From an uncultured Pseudovibrio sp. (GTDB lineage Bacteria; Pseudomonadota; Alphaproteobacteria; Rhizobiales; Stappiaceae): 64,000 nucleotides of DNA. This document shows positions 28,437-39,176 of the stretch, piece by piece (positions within the stretch are counted from its first letter, which is position 1; each line of letters opens with the position of its first letter). The position numbers and the translations under genes are program-made. The stretch spans positions 24,423 through 88,422 of the forward strand of contig CANLTN010000013.1 of assembly GCA_947494035.1 (NCBI GenBank), written 5' to 3'. The notes beneath the pieces are model-generated. The model made no database searches, was not told where the DNA came from, and saw only the letters and a list, made by a program, of their open reading frames with translations.

Positions 28437-29312
28437 TTAAAATCCGTGCATTGGCTTGTCTTTAGCCCGAACAATCCAGTTGTCATCCGACCATTTCGCC
28501 GTACCGTCTACCATATGCAAGGCATAAGCGTGACGGGATTTATCGGACCGGTTGGGTGCAGATTTGTGTGGCACCAGACCGTGGAGGATAACAAGGGTCC
28601 CTTTGGGGGCGACAAGTGGAGCTGCATCATCTGCAGATTTCTCGAGTGGGGTTTCGTCCAGAGACTCCATCACCAAGCCTTCACCGTTGTAATGAAAGCG
28701 TTTGCGCAGTGGTCCTTTGTGACCACCCGGCACGCCATACAGCCCGCCATTGGTTTCATCCGCATCTTCCAGAGCGAACCAGAAACCGGTGCAGGTCAAC
28801 GGTGTTGTGTGAAGGAATGTGGAGTCCTGATGATTGTTTACTTCACCGCCAATGTGAGGCGGTTTGAAGATGTACATGGACTGGGCAAGCAGAGGCTCTG
28901 CCAGCCCAATATCTTTTGCAACACGCTGCATTTTCGCAGAGCGTGAAAACTGCTCAAACACCGGGTCATAGTCATGCAGAGCATGGCCAACTTTGTTGAG
29001 TGCCTGATGTTTGTCCTTGGTCAGAGCACCGTTGTCATCAAATGCCTCAGCCTCGAAGAAGAAACGGATCTTATCGCCGCTTTCGCGGAAATAGGCATCC
29101 TTCGCATGGGCCTGCGCATTTGTTTCAAACACTGACGCGACGGTTGACGGGTCGAACTCGTCAATCAGCCGGGTCATCCGTGCTTTGAGTTGGTCGCATT
29201 CTTCCGGAGAAGCAAATCCTTCAAGGATCAGGAAGCCATCTTCTTCAAACGCCTGCTTCATCTCAGGCGTTAAACTTCCATCTTGTTGTGCAGTAAACTT
29301 ACGTGCCTGCAT
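28437..29312 (-). CDS. PhyH family Fe(II)/2-oxoglutarate dioxygenase, PHYHD1-like
   Basis: IRFFFE, NKVGHALH, QSMYIFKPPHIGGEV, HQD...H triad (HQD 163-165; VPHKS), RHAYALH. Confidence 0.85.
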   Translation of the reverse strand: MQARKFTAQQDGSLTPEMKQAFEEDGFLILEGFASPEECDQLKARMTRLIDEFDPSTVASVFETNAQAHAKDAYFRESGDKIRFFFEAEAFDDNGALTKDKHQALNKVGHALHDYDPVFEQFSRSAKMQRVAKDIGLAEPLLAQSMYIFKPPHIGGEVNNHQDSTFLHTTPLTCTGFWFALEDADETNGGLYGVPGGHKGPLRKRFHYNGEGLVMESLDETPLEKSADDAAPLVAPKGTLVILHGLVPHKSAPNRSDKSRHAYALHMVDGTAKWSDDNWIVRAKDKPMHGF

Positions 29313-29408
29313 GTTGCATTCCCCTCTTATGTAACACGACGGATGCCTCTCCTTGCACCCCTTAACGATTGCAATTTCTAAGCAATTCGGAAATATATCG
29401 CGCTACAC

Positions 29409-29448
29409 TAAACTGGGCAAACACCGTTTGCCCAGTTTATTTTTTTTT
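29409..29448. terminator. Strong hairpin after deoB
   Basis: Perfect 14-bp inverted repeat TAAACTGGGCAAAC/GTTTGCCCAGTTTA; T9 on the plus side. Confidence 0.7.
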
Positions 29449-29464
29449 AAATCCCTCAGTGGAT

Positions 29465-30685
29465 TTAAAGAAAGCTATTTCCGTTCTCGCCCGCTGCAAT
29501 GCCAAGGTGCTTGGCTACGGTTTCACCGATATCAGCAAAAGTCGGGCGTTTTCCGATGTTGGACCCCTGCTCGCCTTTTACCAATGCCAGAACAGGCACG
29601 TGCTCACGGGTGTGGTCTGTGCCTTTCCAGGTTGGGTCACAACCGTGGTCAGCAGTCAGAATGAGCAGATCGCCATCGTTCATCTTTTCGATCATCTCTG
29701 GCAAACGCTTGTCAAAGTGCTCCAGAGCTGCAGCATAGCCCGGTACGTCACGGCGGTGACCGTAAAGCATATCGAAGTCGACGAAGTTGGAAAATACGAG
29801 GTCTCCGTCTTTCGCCAGATCCATTGCTTCCAGAGTCCGGTCAAAGAGCTGATCGTTGCCAGCACCCTTCAGCAGTTTGGTAATACCCTGTGCTGCGTAA
29901 ATGTCCGAGATCTTGCCGACTGCAATCACCTGACGGCCAGCATCTTCCAGACGGTCCAGAACAGTTGGAGCCGGAGGAAGAACAGAGTAGTCACGACGGT
30001 TTGGTGTCCGCTCGAAGCCAGCTTCAACTGAGCCAACAAACGGACGGGCAATCACACGACCGATGTTGTATTCGTCAACCAGCTTGCGGCACTTCACACA
30101 AAGATCGAGCAGACGCTCAAGGCCGAACGTCTCTTCGTGAGCAGCGATCTGAAGAACACTATCTGCGGAGGTGTAGAGGATCGGCTTGCCGGTTTTGACA
30201 TGCTCTTCACCGAATTCCTCGATGACAACCGTCCCGGACCCATGTGTCAGGCACAGAACGCCCGGCAGTTCGCCAACTTCGATGATTTTTTCGATCAGTT
30301 CCGCAGGGAAGGATGGGTTTTCATTCGGGAAGTAGCCCCAGTCAAATGTGACTGGCACGCCAGCGATTTCCCAATGGCCCGATGGTGTGTCTTTGCCGTT
30401 GGAGACTTCAGCAGCGAAGCCCCAATTGGCTTCCGGAGTGCCCGAAAAATCCAGACCTTTGATAGCTTTGCCAGTGGATGCACGAGCGGCAGCGCCCAGT
30501 CCAAGACGATCCATGTTTGGCACGGAAAGAAGACCGCTACGCAGACCTTCTTTATCGCCTTTGCCTTCTGCACATGCATCAGCAATGTGACCGAGGGTGT
30601 CGGAGCCGACATCGCCAAACTTGTCAGCGTCGTCGGCAGCGCCGATACCGAAGCTGTCGAGTACACACATAATTGCGCGTGGCAT
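29465..30685 (-). CDS. deoB: Phosphopentomutase
   Basis: [58 protein letters not shown]. Confidence 0.96.
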   Translation of the reverse strand: MPRAIMCVLDSFGIGAADDADKFGDVGSDTLGHIADACAEGKGDKEGLRSGLLSVPNMDRLGLGAAARASTGKAIKGLDFSGTPEANWGFAAEVSNGKDTPSGHWEIAGVPVTFDWGYFPNENPSFPAELIEKIIEVGELPGVLCLTHGSGTVVIEEFGEEHVKTGKPILYTSADSVLQIAAHEETFGLERLLDLCVKCRKLVDEYNIGRVIARPFVGSVEAGFERTPNRRDYSVLPPAPTVLDRLEDAGRQVIAVGKISDIYAAQGITKLLKGAGNDQLFDRTLEAMDLAKDGDLVFSNFVDFDMLYGHRRDVPGYAAALEHFDKRLPEMIEKMNDGDLLILTADHGCDPTWKGTDHTREHVPVLALVKGEQGSNIGKRPTFADIGETVAKHLGIAAGENGNSFL

Positions 30686-30783
30686 TCGCGTTTCCTTCGT
30701 TTTGGAGGACAGCTCTCAATCAGATAATGTCTGCTCTAATAGAGGTGAGAGGCTGTCCTGCCAGTTAATTATTGCTGCGCGGA

Positions 30784-32100
30784 TTAAGGCGCAATACGGT
30801 CACGAACTGTGGCGAACTCTTTGACGTCCGCTGCAGAACCGAAGGAGTATGCGTCACGCAGAACTTTTTCTGCGCGCTCAACCTGATCTTCGGTGTGTGC
30901 GTGGATCACAGCGATTGGAGTTTCGCTGTCGACAGTTGTGCCAACACCAGCGATATCTGTCAGACCAACAGCAGGATCAATTTCATCCGCTGCGGCACGA
31001 CGACCACCACCAAGTTCAACAACTGCAAGACCAACGGCGCGTGCATTCACACCAGTGACCAGAGATGCTTCCGGAACATGAACCGCGCGCTGGATCGGAG
31101 CCTTGGCAAGGTATGCTTCCGGCTTTTCCATGAAGTCGTTTGGACCGCCGAGTTCACCGACCATTTTGCCGAAGATTTCAGCTGCCTTACCGGAGGTGAA
31201 GGCTTCTTCCATCTTCTTCTTACCGTCATCAACGGAGTCAGCAAGACCAGATGTAGCAAGACCTTCTGCACCGATTGCAACGGTCACATCCCACAGACGG
31301 TTGTCAACGTGAGTGCCTTTGAGGAAGTCAACAGCGTTCTGAACTTCGATCGCGTTACCAGCAGCAGATGCCAGAGACTCGTTCATGTCGGTCAGCAACG
31401 CAGTGGTTTTGAGACCCGCACCGTTTGCAACAAGCACGAGGCTTTCTGCCAAAGCTTTCGCATCTTCATAGTTTGCCATGAATGCGCCGGTGCCCCACTT
31501 AACGTCGAGAACCAAAGTTTCAAGGCCAGCAGCGAGCTTCTTGGACAGGATGGATGCAGTAATGAGATCAATGCTCTCAACAGTCGCGGTCACATCACGG
31601 ATACCGTAGAAGCGCTTGTCAGCAGGTGCCAGGTCACCGGTCTGGCCGATGATTGCACAGCCAACGTCACGAACAACCTTGCGGAACAGTTCGTTGGATG
31701 GTTTTGCGGTGTAGCCTGGAATGGTTTCCAGTTTGTCCAGCGTACCGCCGGTGTGACCGAGGCCACGACCAGAGATCATTGGAACAGCAGCACCGTTTGC
31801 AGCCAAAGCAGGAGCGAGCATCAGAGAAACGTTGTCGCCAACACCACCGGTGGAGTGCTTGTCAACGATTGGCGCGTCGATGTCGGACCAGTCGAGAACG
31901 TCGCCACTGTCGCGCATGCCAAGTGTCAGAGCAACACGCTCGTTCACAGTGAGACCATTAAAAAACACAGCCATTGCCAGAGCAGCAATTTGCCCCTCGG
32001 TTACGCTATTGTCGGTGATGCCCTTTACGAAGAACTGGATTTCTTCTTTGCTAAGGACTTCGCCTTGACGTTTCTTACGAACGATTTCTTGAGGAAGCAT
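30784..32100 (-). CDS. deoA: Thymidine/pyrimidine-nucleoside phosphorylase
   Basis: [46 protein letters not shown]; start MLPQE at 32100. Confidence 0.96.
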   Translation of the reverse strand: MLPQEIVRKKRQGEVLSKEEIQFFVKGITDNSVTEGQIAALAMAVFFNGLTVNERVALTLGMRDSGDVLDWSDIDAPIVDKHSTGGVGDNVSLMLAPALAANGAAVPMISGRGLGHTGGTLDKLETIPGYTAKPSNELFRKVVRDVGCAIIGQTGDLAPADKRFYGIRDVTATVESIDLITASILSKKLAAGLETLVLDVKWGTGAFMANYEDAKALAESLVLVANGAGLKTTALLTDMNESLASAAGNAIEVQNAVDFLKGTHVDNRLWDVTVAIGAEGLATSGLADSVDDGKKKMEEAFTSGKAAEIFGKMVGELGGPNDFMEKPEAYLAKAPIQRAVHVPEASLVTGVNARAVGLAVVELGGGRRAAADEIDPAVGLTDIAGVGTTVDSETPIAVIHAHTEDQVERAEKVLRDAYSFGSAADVKEFATVRDRIAP

Positions 32101-32101
32101 A

Positions 32102-32881
32102 TCAGTAGGTCTCTTTAGTGGTGGTGTCACGGTCTTCGATGCCTGCAAGCACTGCATCAAGCAGGCCACTTGCGCCAAAACGGAACGTTGCTGCAGATAC
32201 CCAGTTGCTGCCCATCAGTTCGTCAGCCAGTTTGAGGTATTCAGCTGCGTCTTCTACGCTGCGCACACCACCAGCTGGCTTGAAGCCAACAGTGCGATGA
32301 TCTTCCTTGGAAGTTTCACGCAGAACATTGAGCATGATTTCGGCTGATTCCAGAGTTGCGTTGACCTTCACCTTACCTGTCGAGGTTTTGATGAAGTCTG
32401 CGCCCTGCGCAATTGCAACTTCAGATGCGACGTGGATCAGACGAGGATCCTTCAGCTCACCAGTTTCAAGGATAACCTTAAGCAATGCTGGAGCAGGAAT
32501 TGCTTTACGCACCTGTTTGATCTGATCTTCAGCGAAACCACGACGGCCTTCAGCGAATGCGCGATATGGCATGACGAGGTCAATTTCGTCCGCGCCGTCT
32601 GCGAGAGCCTGCTTGGTTTCTTCGATCACTGCAGCTGTGTCTTCACCGCCAGCAGGGAAGTTCACAACAGTCGCGATGCGGACCGGTGAGTTCTTCAGCA
32701 GTTCAGCAGCCTGCTTTACAAAGCGAGGCCAGATGCAGATAGCTGCAGTGTAACCATAAGGTGTAGTGGAGCGCTCAATAAGTGCTGCTACATCTTCTGC
32801 AGTACAATCATCATTCAGGTTGGTTAGATCGATTAGTCCTAGAGCACGCTTTGCTGTTTCTTTTATCGATGCTTCGGTCAT
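32102..32881 (-). CDS. deoC: Deoxyribose-phosphate aldolase
   Basis: [51 protein letters not shown]. Confidence 0.96.
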   Translation of the reverse strand: MTEASIKETAKRALGLIDLTNLNDDCTAEDVAALIERSTTPYGYTAAICIWPRFVKQAAELLKNSPVRIATVVNFPAGGEDTAAVIEETKQALADGADEIDLVMPYRAFAEGRRGFAEDQIKQVRKAIPAPALLKVILETGELKDPRLIHVASEVAIAQGADFIKTSTGKVKVNATLESAEIMLNVLRETSKEDHRTVGFKPAGGVRSVEDAAEYLKLADELMGSNWVSAATFRFGASGLLDAVLAGIEDRDTTTKETY

Positions 32882-32895
32882 TTTGCCAGTTTCCT

Positions 32896-33702
32896 TCAAG
32901 CCATGTTTTTGAGGAAGGCACGCAAAATCTTTTTGATCTTGGCCGCTCCAAGCGGGGCCATTTCCTTAGTTTCATCATGAGAGAGGCCGTGGGCTTGTAG
33001 GCCAGCTCCCATATTGGTGATGGTGGAGATTGCTGCGACGCGCATGCCAAGGAAGCGAGACATGATCACTTCCGGAACGGTGGACATGCCAACGGCATCA
33101 GCACCGAGCACCTGAGACATGCGAATTTCTGCCGGGGTCTCGAAAGACGGTCCGGAGAACCACATGTAGACGCCCTCTTCGAGATCTTCACCAACTTGAG
33201 CAGCTGCTTTTTTGAGCTGCTCACGAAGCTCTGGATCATATGCGGCGGAAAGATCGAGGAAACGGCTCTCGTCTTCTTCGCCGATGAGTGGGTTCAGACC
33301 AGACCAGTTGATGTGGTCGTTGATCAGCATTGGAGAACCCGGTTTGATATTTTCACGCAGGGAGCCTGCAGCATTGGTTGCAACGATTGTTTCACAACCA
33401 AGTGCCTGAAGTGTTTCAAGCGGAGTGCGCATCACGGATGGATTGCCGCTCTCATAGTAGTGTGCACGGCCGGACAGAATAACAACCGGAACACCTTCCA
33501 AAGTGCCTGCAACAAGCTCGCTTGCGTGCGCAGTAACGGATGAGACTGGGAAACCTGTGAGGCGGTTATATGGCACGCGAACCGCGTCTTCGACTTCTTC
33601 AGCAAGAGAACCCAGACCAGAACCGAGGATCATTCCAACTTTATAATCACCTGGGCGAGCAGCGCGTACAATATCCGCTGACTCTTTACCAAATCCGCTC
33701 AT
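32896..33702 (-). CDS. punA: Purine-nucleoside phosphorylase (trimeric PNP/XapA type)
   Basis: ILGSGLG, GRAHYYE, TNAAGS, GPSFETPAE, DAVGMSTVPE, ITNMGAG. Confidence 0.92.
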   Translation of the reverse strand: MSGFGKESADIVRAARPGDYKVGMILGSGLGSLAEEVEDAVRVPYNRLTGFPVSSVTAHASELVAGTLEGVPVVILSGRAHYYESGNPSVMRTPLETLQALGCETIVATNAAGSLRENIKPGSPMLINDHINWSGLNPLIGEEDESRFLDLSAAYDPELREQLKKAAAQVGEDLEEGVYMWFSGPSFETPAEIRMSQVLGADAVGMSTVPEVIMSRFLGMRVAAISTITNMGAGLQAHGLSHDETKEMAPLGAAKIKKILRAFLKNMA

Positions 33703-33704
33703 AA

Positions 33705-34109
33705 TCAATCCTCAATCTGTTCATTCAATTCAAAGCCAGCAGGCAGCAGTTCTTCCATGGTGAAGGTTCTGCGCAGACCTTCCAAATTGGCAACATGGAT
33801 CTTGATCTGCCGATTGCTTGCAAATTCTGAAAGTTTTTGACGGCAACCACCACATGGTGTGCACAGCGCGGCGTCCGCGATCACTACAACCTCGTCAATC
33901 TTGGTGGAGCCAGCACGGACCATTGCCGCGATTGCTCCGCCTTCAGCACAGGTGCCTTCCGGGAAAGCGCCGTTTTCGACGTTGCACCCGGAGACTAATT
34001 TGCCATCAGTGGTGAGCAATGCAGCGCCCACCTTGAAGTTGGAGTATGGCGCGTAGGCGGTTTCTCGGGCCGCCTTCGCTTCTTCAAAAAGCTTATCAAA
34101 CGCACTCAT
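33705..34109 (-). CDS. cdd: Cytidine deaminase
   Basis: AYAPYSNFKVGAA, GCNVEN, CAE, PCGGCRQ. Confidence 0.95.
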   Translation of the reverse strand: MSAFDKLFEEAKAARETAYAPYSNFKVGAALLTTDGKLVSGCNVENGAFPEGTCAEGGAIAAMVRAGSTKIDEVVVIADAALCTPCGGCRQKLSEFASNRQIKIHVANLEGLRRTFTMEELLPAGFELNEQIED

Positions 34110-34120
34110 TATTATTTTCC

Positions 34121-35089
34121 TTATGTACGCTCTTTAACGTATGGGATACCAGATGCTTTCGGTGGGATTGCGCGACCGATAAAGCCTGCAAGAAGAACCA
34201 CAGTCAGCACGTAAGGCAGAGCCTGGAAGACCTGAACAGGAACCTCACCAATTCCAGGAATTTCCTGACCCTGAAGACGAATTGCCAATGCATCCAGGAA
34301 TCCGAAGAGAAGGCATGTGAACATGGCGTTCACTGGCTTCCACTTTGCAAAGATTAGAGCTGCCAGAGCAATAAAGCCCTTACCCGCGCTCATATCCTTG
34401 ATAAAACCAGCGCCCTGCGCAACAGACAGGTAAGCACCGGAGAATCCGCAGAGAATACCACAGATGATCGTTGCCCTGTAACGTAGCAGTGTTACTGACA
34501 GACCGGCTGTATCAGCTGCAGAAGGGTTCTCGCCAACAGCACGCAGACGCAGACCAAAGCGGGTTCTGAACACAATCCACCAGACCAGCGGCACGGCAGC
34601 GAAAGATGCATATACCAGGATGTTGTGACCGGAGATCAGGTTTGCGTAGATTGGGCCGAACACCGGGAAGTCCGCCAAAGCATCAGCAAATGGAAGCTCA
34701 ATGTTGTTGAACCGGCTTGCACTATCCAATGCAGGCGTACGACCACCTTGTGAGAACCACGCCTGACCAAGCAATACTGTCAAACCAGCTGCAAGGAAGT
34801 TGATCGCAACACCGGAAACCACCTGGTTGCCGCGCTGGGTAATAGATGCGTAACCGTGTATCAATGCCAACAGGACAGAAACGAAGATACCAGCCAGCAA
34901 ACCGATCCATGGGCTCTGGAATACGTAGGCGGCGGCGGCGGCAGCAAATGCCGAGCCGAGGATCTTCCCTTCCAGACCGATATCTACGATACCGGAGCGC
35001 TCTGAGAATAGGCCTGCAAGGCACGCAAACAGAAGAGGAGTTGACAGCCGGAACGTACTGTCGAGAACAAGAATAATTGTGTCTAACAT
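34121..35089 (-). CDS. Nucleoside ABC transporter permease (NupC-like)
   Basis: SERSGIVDIGLEG, FGLRLRAVGENP, AGKGFIALAALIF. Confidence 0.9.
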   Translation of the reverse strand: MLDTIILVLDSTFRLSTPLLFACLAGLFSERSGIVDIGLEGKILGSAFAAAAAAYVFQSPWIGLLAGIFVSVLLALIHGYASITQRGNQVVSGVAINFLAAGLTVLLGQAWFSQGGRTPALDSASRFNNIELPFADALADFPVFGPIYANLISGHNILVYASFAAVPLVWWIVFRTRFGLRLRAVGENPSAADTAGLSVTLLRYRATIICGILCGFSGAYLSVAQGAGFIKDMSAGKGFIALAALIFAKWKPVNAMFTCLLFGFLDALAIRLQGQEIPGIGEVPVQVFQALPYVLTVVLLAGFIGRAIPPKASGIPYVKERT

Positions 35090-35099
35090 GTCCGTCTCC

Positions 35100-36203
35100 T
35101 TAAGCTTCTGCTGTGTCTGAAGAGAAGCGATCGAAGAACGCTACGACTGCTGGTCGGAACATATGCTCCAGAGCACCAGCGAAGAGAATGACCAGTGCCT
35201 GAATGACTACGATCATATCGCGAGAGATTGTCGGGATTTCGAAGGCCAGTTCTGCCCCGCCCTGATAAAGCAAACCGAAGAGCATGGCTGCGAGAATAAT
35301 TCCGATCGGGTGCCCTCGTCCCATCAGCGCTACCGCAATACCTACGAAGCCAGCACCACCTGCAAAGTCGAGCAGCAGACGGGTTTGCTCACCCATCACA
35401 ACGTTGATGCCCATGAGGCCTGCAAGCGCACCGGAGATCAACATGGTGATAATCGTGATGCGTACCGGAGAAATACCGGCATAGGCTGCTGCGTCCGGGT
35501 TCTTACCAAAGCTGCGGATTTCATAGCCGAGTTTGGTGTGCCAGATGAGAAGCCAAACCACCACACAAACTGCAAGAGCGAGGAAGAACGCCAGGTTCAC
35601 CGGAGACTGACCGAAGTCGAAGCTGGTGAAGACGTTTCTGAGAAGCGGAAGCTGACCGCCTGCCTCGAAGTTGCGAGAGGATGGAGACATGGTCCCCTGA
35701 GGGATCAGGATGTTTGACAACAGGTACACCATCAACGCAGATGCGATGAAGTTGAACATGATTGTCGTGATCACGATGTGAGATCCGCGCTTCGCTTGCA
35801 AGTAAGCCGGGATGAACGCCCAAGCTGCCCCGAAGAGCGCGCCGCCTGCAATGGCAAACGGGAATGTGACCCACCATGGAATGAAGCGGTCGAGCGCAAG
35901 ACAAGCCAGCGCGATACCCAGACCGCCTACGTAGGCCTGACCTTCTCCACCAATGTTAAACAGACCGGCATGGAAGGCGACTGCCACGGCCAAACCGGTA
36001 AAGATAAAGTTGGTTGCGTAGTAGAGGGTATAGCCAATGCCCTCACCATAACCCAAGGCGCCCCAAACGAGCCATTTAACAGCTTCGAATGGATCTTCGC
36101 CGATGATTACAACTACCAAGCCAGAAACGATGAATGCCGCGATCAGGTTGAGGGCCGGTAGCAGACCGAAATCAACCCAACGAGGAAGTTGCCCCTTACT
36201 CAT
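35100..36203 (-). CDS. Nucleoside ABC transporter permease (NupB-like)
   Basis: AGLFNIGGEGQ, HIVITTIMFN, GYEIRSFGKNP, GFVGIAVALMGR. Confidence 0.9.
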   Translation of the reverse strand: MSKGQLPRWVDFGLLPALNLIAAFIVSGLVVVIIGEDPFEAVKWLVWGALGYGEGIGYTLYYATNFIFTGLAVAVAFHAGLFNIGGEGQAYVGGLGIALACLALDRFIPWWVTFPFAIAGGALFGAAWAFIPAYLQAKRGSHIVITTIMFNFIASALMVYLLSNILIPQGTMSPSSRNFEAGGQLPLLRNVFTSFDFGQSPVNLAFFLALAVCVVVWLLIWHTKLGYEIRSFGKNPDAAAYAGISPVRITIITMLISGALAGLMGINVVMGEQTRLLLDFAGGAGFVGIAVALMGRGHPIGIILAAMLFGLLYQGGAELAFEIPTISRDMIVVIQALVILFAGALEHMFRPAVVAFFDRFSSDTAEA

Positions 36204-36264
36204 TTCTGTGTTCCCCCAAATGTCAGGTCAAAGCAAATATTATTATAAAGCAGGGTGTTCATGA

Positions 36265-37875
36265 TCATTCTGCTGCCTCTTGATTGACACCAGCCATGAG
36301 AAGGCCAAGATCCTGCTCTGTTGCTTCTGGCCCACGCTCACCGACCACGTTGCCATCAAACATGACAATGATGCGGTCTGAGAGAGAGCGAATTTCGTCT
36401 AGTTCCACGGATACGAGAAGGACTGCTTTGCCCTGCGCCCGCATATCCATGATCCGGTTGTGGATGTACTCAATCGCACCGATGTCCACGCCGCGGGTTG
36501 GCTGACCGATCAGAAGAACGTCCGGGTCACACTCAATCTCACGTGCCAGAACGATTTTCTGCTGGTTGCCGCCAGAGAACTTCGCAGCTGTCATTTCGGT
36601 GGTTGGTGGGCGAATGTCGTATTTCTCGATACGTTCTTTGGCTTCCTTGCGGATTGCGTCCCTATCGAGGAACATGCCCTTGGAGTATTTCGGTTCGCGG
36701 TGGTAGCCCAGAATGGAGTTTTCATACTCTGAGAACTGGTTGACCAAGCCCATGCGATGGCGATCTTCCGGAACGTGGCTCATGCCTTTGTGACGCATTT
36801 CTGCGGCATTATGAACGCCTGCAAGATCCAGCTTCTCACCTGACAACTCCATCGTGCCACTTTCAGCACGTGTGATACCGGAGAGAGCGGCAAGCAGCTC
36901 GGATTGACCGTTACCGGAAACGCCCGCGATGCCAAGAACTTCGCCCGCACGCACTTCGAAGGACACATCCTTCACACGCAGCACGCCGCGGTCATCACGT
37001 ACGTTGAGGCCTTCTACTTTGAGAAGAGGCTTGCCAACTTCCACTTCAGGCTTGTCCACCTCAAGAAGAACACTGCGGCCAACCATAAGTTCGGCCAGTT
37101 CTTCCATGGAGGTTTCAGCCGTTTTGCGTGATGCAACCATTTCACCACGACGCATCACGGACACCGTATCGGTCACATCCATAATCTCACGCAGTTTGTG
37201 GGTGATCAGCAGAACCGTCTTGCCCTGATCGCGTAGAACGCGAAGAATACGGAAGAGATGATCAGCTTCGGACGGTGTCAAAACACCTGTCGGCTCATCA
37301 AGAATAAGAATGTCTGCGCCGCGGTACAGAGCCTTTAGGATCTCTACACGCTGCTGCAAACCCACTGGCAATTCACCCACGGCTGCGTCCGGGTCAATTG
37401 TCATGTCATATTCATCTGCCAAACGCTGAAGTTCACGTCGCGCGTTCGCAACACCGTCTTTCAACAGTGCGCCGCCCTCTGCGCCAAGAATGACGTTTTC
37501 TAGAACTGTGAATGGATCGACGAGCATGAAATGCTGGTGCACCATACCGATGCCCTGCGAAATCGCGCTCTTCGAATCAGGAATAGTGGTTGCCTTACCA
37601 TCGATCTTAATTGTTCCACTATCGGCGTTGTAAAAGCCGTAGAGGATCGACATCAAGGTGGACTTCCCCGCTCCGTTCTCACCAATGATCCCGTGAATGG
37701 ATCCCTTTCCAACAACAAGGTTGATGTCCTTGTTGGCATGAACTGGCCCGAAACTCTTATTTACGCCAATTAACTCGATGGCAGGTACATTGCTTTCAGC
37801 CACTGTTGCCCGGCCTTTCTGGTCTATCAAATCAATAACTTGCACGTCGATCTCATTCTTGCTTTCGAAGTACAC
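36265..37875 (-). CDS. Nucleoside ABC transporter ATP-binding protein (two ABC domains)
   Basis: GENGAGKSTL, LILDEPT, FSGGNQQK, QPTRGVD; true start may be the GTG at 37803. Confidence 0.93.
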   Translation of the reverse strand: MYFESKNEIDVQVIDLIDQKGRATVAESNVPAIELIGVNKSFGPVHANKDINLVVGKGSIHGIIGENGAGKSTLMSILYGFYNADSGTIKIDGKATTIPDSKSAISQGIGMVHQHFMLVDPFTVLENVILGAEGGALLKDGVANARRELQRLADEYDMTIDPDAAVGELPVGLQQRVEILKALYRGADILILDEPTGVLTPSEADHLFRILRVLRDQGKTVLLITHKLREIMDVTDTVSVMRRGEMVASRKTAETSMEELAELMVGRSVLLEVDKPEVEVGKPLLKVEGLNVRDDRGVLRVKDVSFEVRAGEVLGIAGVSGNGQSELLAALSGITRAESGTMELSGEKLDLAGVHNAAEMRHKGMSHVPEDRHRMGLVNQFSEYENSILGYHREPKYSKGMFLDRDAIRKEAKERIEKYDIRPPTTEMTAAKFSGGNQQKIVLAREIECDPDVLLIGQPTRGVDIGAIEYIHNRIMDMRAQGKAVLLVSVELDEIRSLSDRIIVMFDGNVVGERGPEATEQDLGLLMAGVNQEAAE

Positions 37876-38067
37876 CTTTTCGAAAACATCGCCCCGCCCC
37901 CAGCGGAAGCAGCGAACAGATCCCGATGTAGTTCCCTCGTTTCCTCTTCAGCCTTCGCTCCCAAAGACTGAAAATTCTACTCGGGCTACAGGGGCACAAG
38001 TCCCTCAAATTTTCCTTCGCGGCGTCATGCCTTGAAGAAGTGGTCGCTCTGAAGAACAACCCTTAGC

Positions 38068-38099
38068 GAAATGCCCACACCAGATAGTGTGGGCATTTC
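38068..38099. terminator. Hairpin after the BMP gene (terminator or mRNA stabiliser)
   Basis: Perfect 13-bp inverted repeat GAAATGCCCACAC/GTGTGGGCATTTC. Confidence 0.65.
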
Positions 38100-38106
38100 T
38101 ATTAGA

Positions 38107-39105
38107 TTAGAACGGGCAGGAAGAATCCACCATGTAATCGTGAACTTCTACTTTGCCAGAAATAATATCCATTTTTGCCTGCTCAACTGCAGACTTCATT
38201 TCTTCAGTGATGAGAGGCGCGTTATACTGATCGTACGCCCAGGAAACACCGTCTTCAGCAAGACCAAGAACTTGAACACCAGAAGTCCAGTTGCCTTCCT
38301 GTGCGTCTACAAGCGTTTTATCGACAGCAACATCAACACCTTTGATCATTGAGGTGAGAACAGAGCCCGGATGCAGGTAGTTCTGGTTGGAATCAACGCC
38401 GATACCGAACTTGCCTTCATCAGCAGCTGCCTGCAGAACGCCGGTACCTGTGAGGCCAGCTGCGTGGAACACAACGTCTGCGCCACGTGCGAACTGTGAG
38501 CGCGCAAGCTCACCGCCCTTGAGTGGGTCAGTCCATGCAGCGCCGGTGGTTCCGGTCATGTTTTCAATGATTTCAATGTCAGGATTGACGTATTTCGCGC
38601 CCTGCTTGTAACCACATGCAAACTTACGGATCAGCGGAATGTCCATGCCGCCAACAAAACCGATGGTGTCAGTTTCGGTCGCTTGTGCAGCAAGAAGACC
38701 AACGAGGAACGAGCCTTCGCCTTCCTTGAAGACGATAGAACGTACGTTTGGCAGGTCTACAACAGCATCAACGATTGCAAAGTTAGTCTCAGGGAATTCC
38801 TTTGCAACTTTTTCCAGAGCTGCTGCCTGAGCGAAACCAATCGTGATGATTGGGTCAAGTCCACGGCGGGCGAAGTTACGCAGGGCCTGTTCGCGCTGAG
38901 ATGGATTCTGGATCTCGAAATCGCGGAAATTGACGCCTGTGCGCTCCTTAAACTTCAATGCGCCTTTGTATGCAGCTTCATTGAAAGACCGGTCATTCCG
39001 ACCACCGAAGTCATAAACGACTGCGGGCTTGAAGGCTTCTGCCATAGCACCAGTTGTCATTACTGCTGTCAGAGCAATCGCACCGAGGATTGTTGTGGTT
39101 TTCAC
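38107..39105 (-). CDS. BMP family nucleoside-binding ABC protein
   Basis: Signal peptide; DRSFNEAAY, GFVGGMDIPLI, GADVVFHAAG, IGVDSNQ. Confidence 0.92.
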   Translation of the reverse strand: MKTTTILGAIALTAVMTTGAMAEAFKPAVVYDFGGRNDRSFNEAAYKGALKFKERTGVNFRDFEIQNPSQREQALRNFARRGLDPIITIGFAQAAALEKVAKEFPETNFAIVDAVVDLPNVRSIVFKEGEGSFLVGLLAAQATETDTIGFVGGMDIPLIRKFACGYKQGAKYVNPDIEIIENMTGTTGAAWTDPLKGGELARSQFARGADVVFHAAGLTGTGVLQAAADEGKFGIGVDSNQNYLHPGSVLTSMIKGVDVAVDKTLVDAQEGNWTSGVQVLGLAEDGVSWAYDQYNAPLITEEMKSAVEQAKMDIISGKVEVHDYMVDSSCPF

Positions 39106-39176
39106 GGTTTTCTTCCTTATTATGTCTTCCCGTAGAGCGGAAAGGGCTCTCCCTTAAGATGAACTGGCCCCGAAAC

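Noticed and set aside
30772-32118. 448-aa plus-strand ORF antisense to deoA
   Set aside because: Exact antisense overlap of a highly biased gene; no motifs or RBS
36204-36264. TATAAT in the spacer between the ATPase and permease genes, as an internal promoter
   Set aside because: No plausible -35 at 16-18 bp
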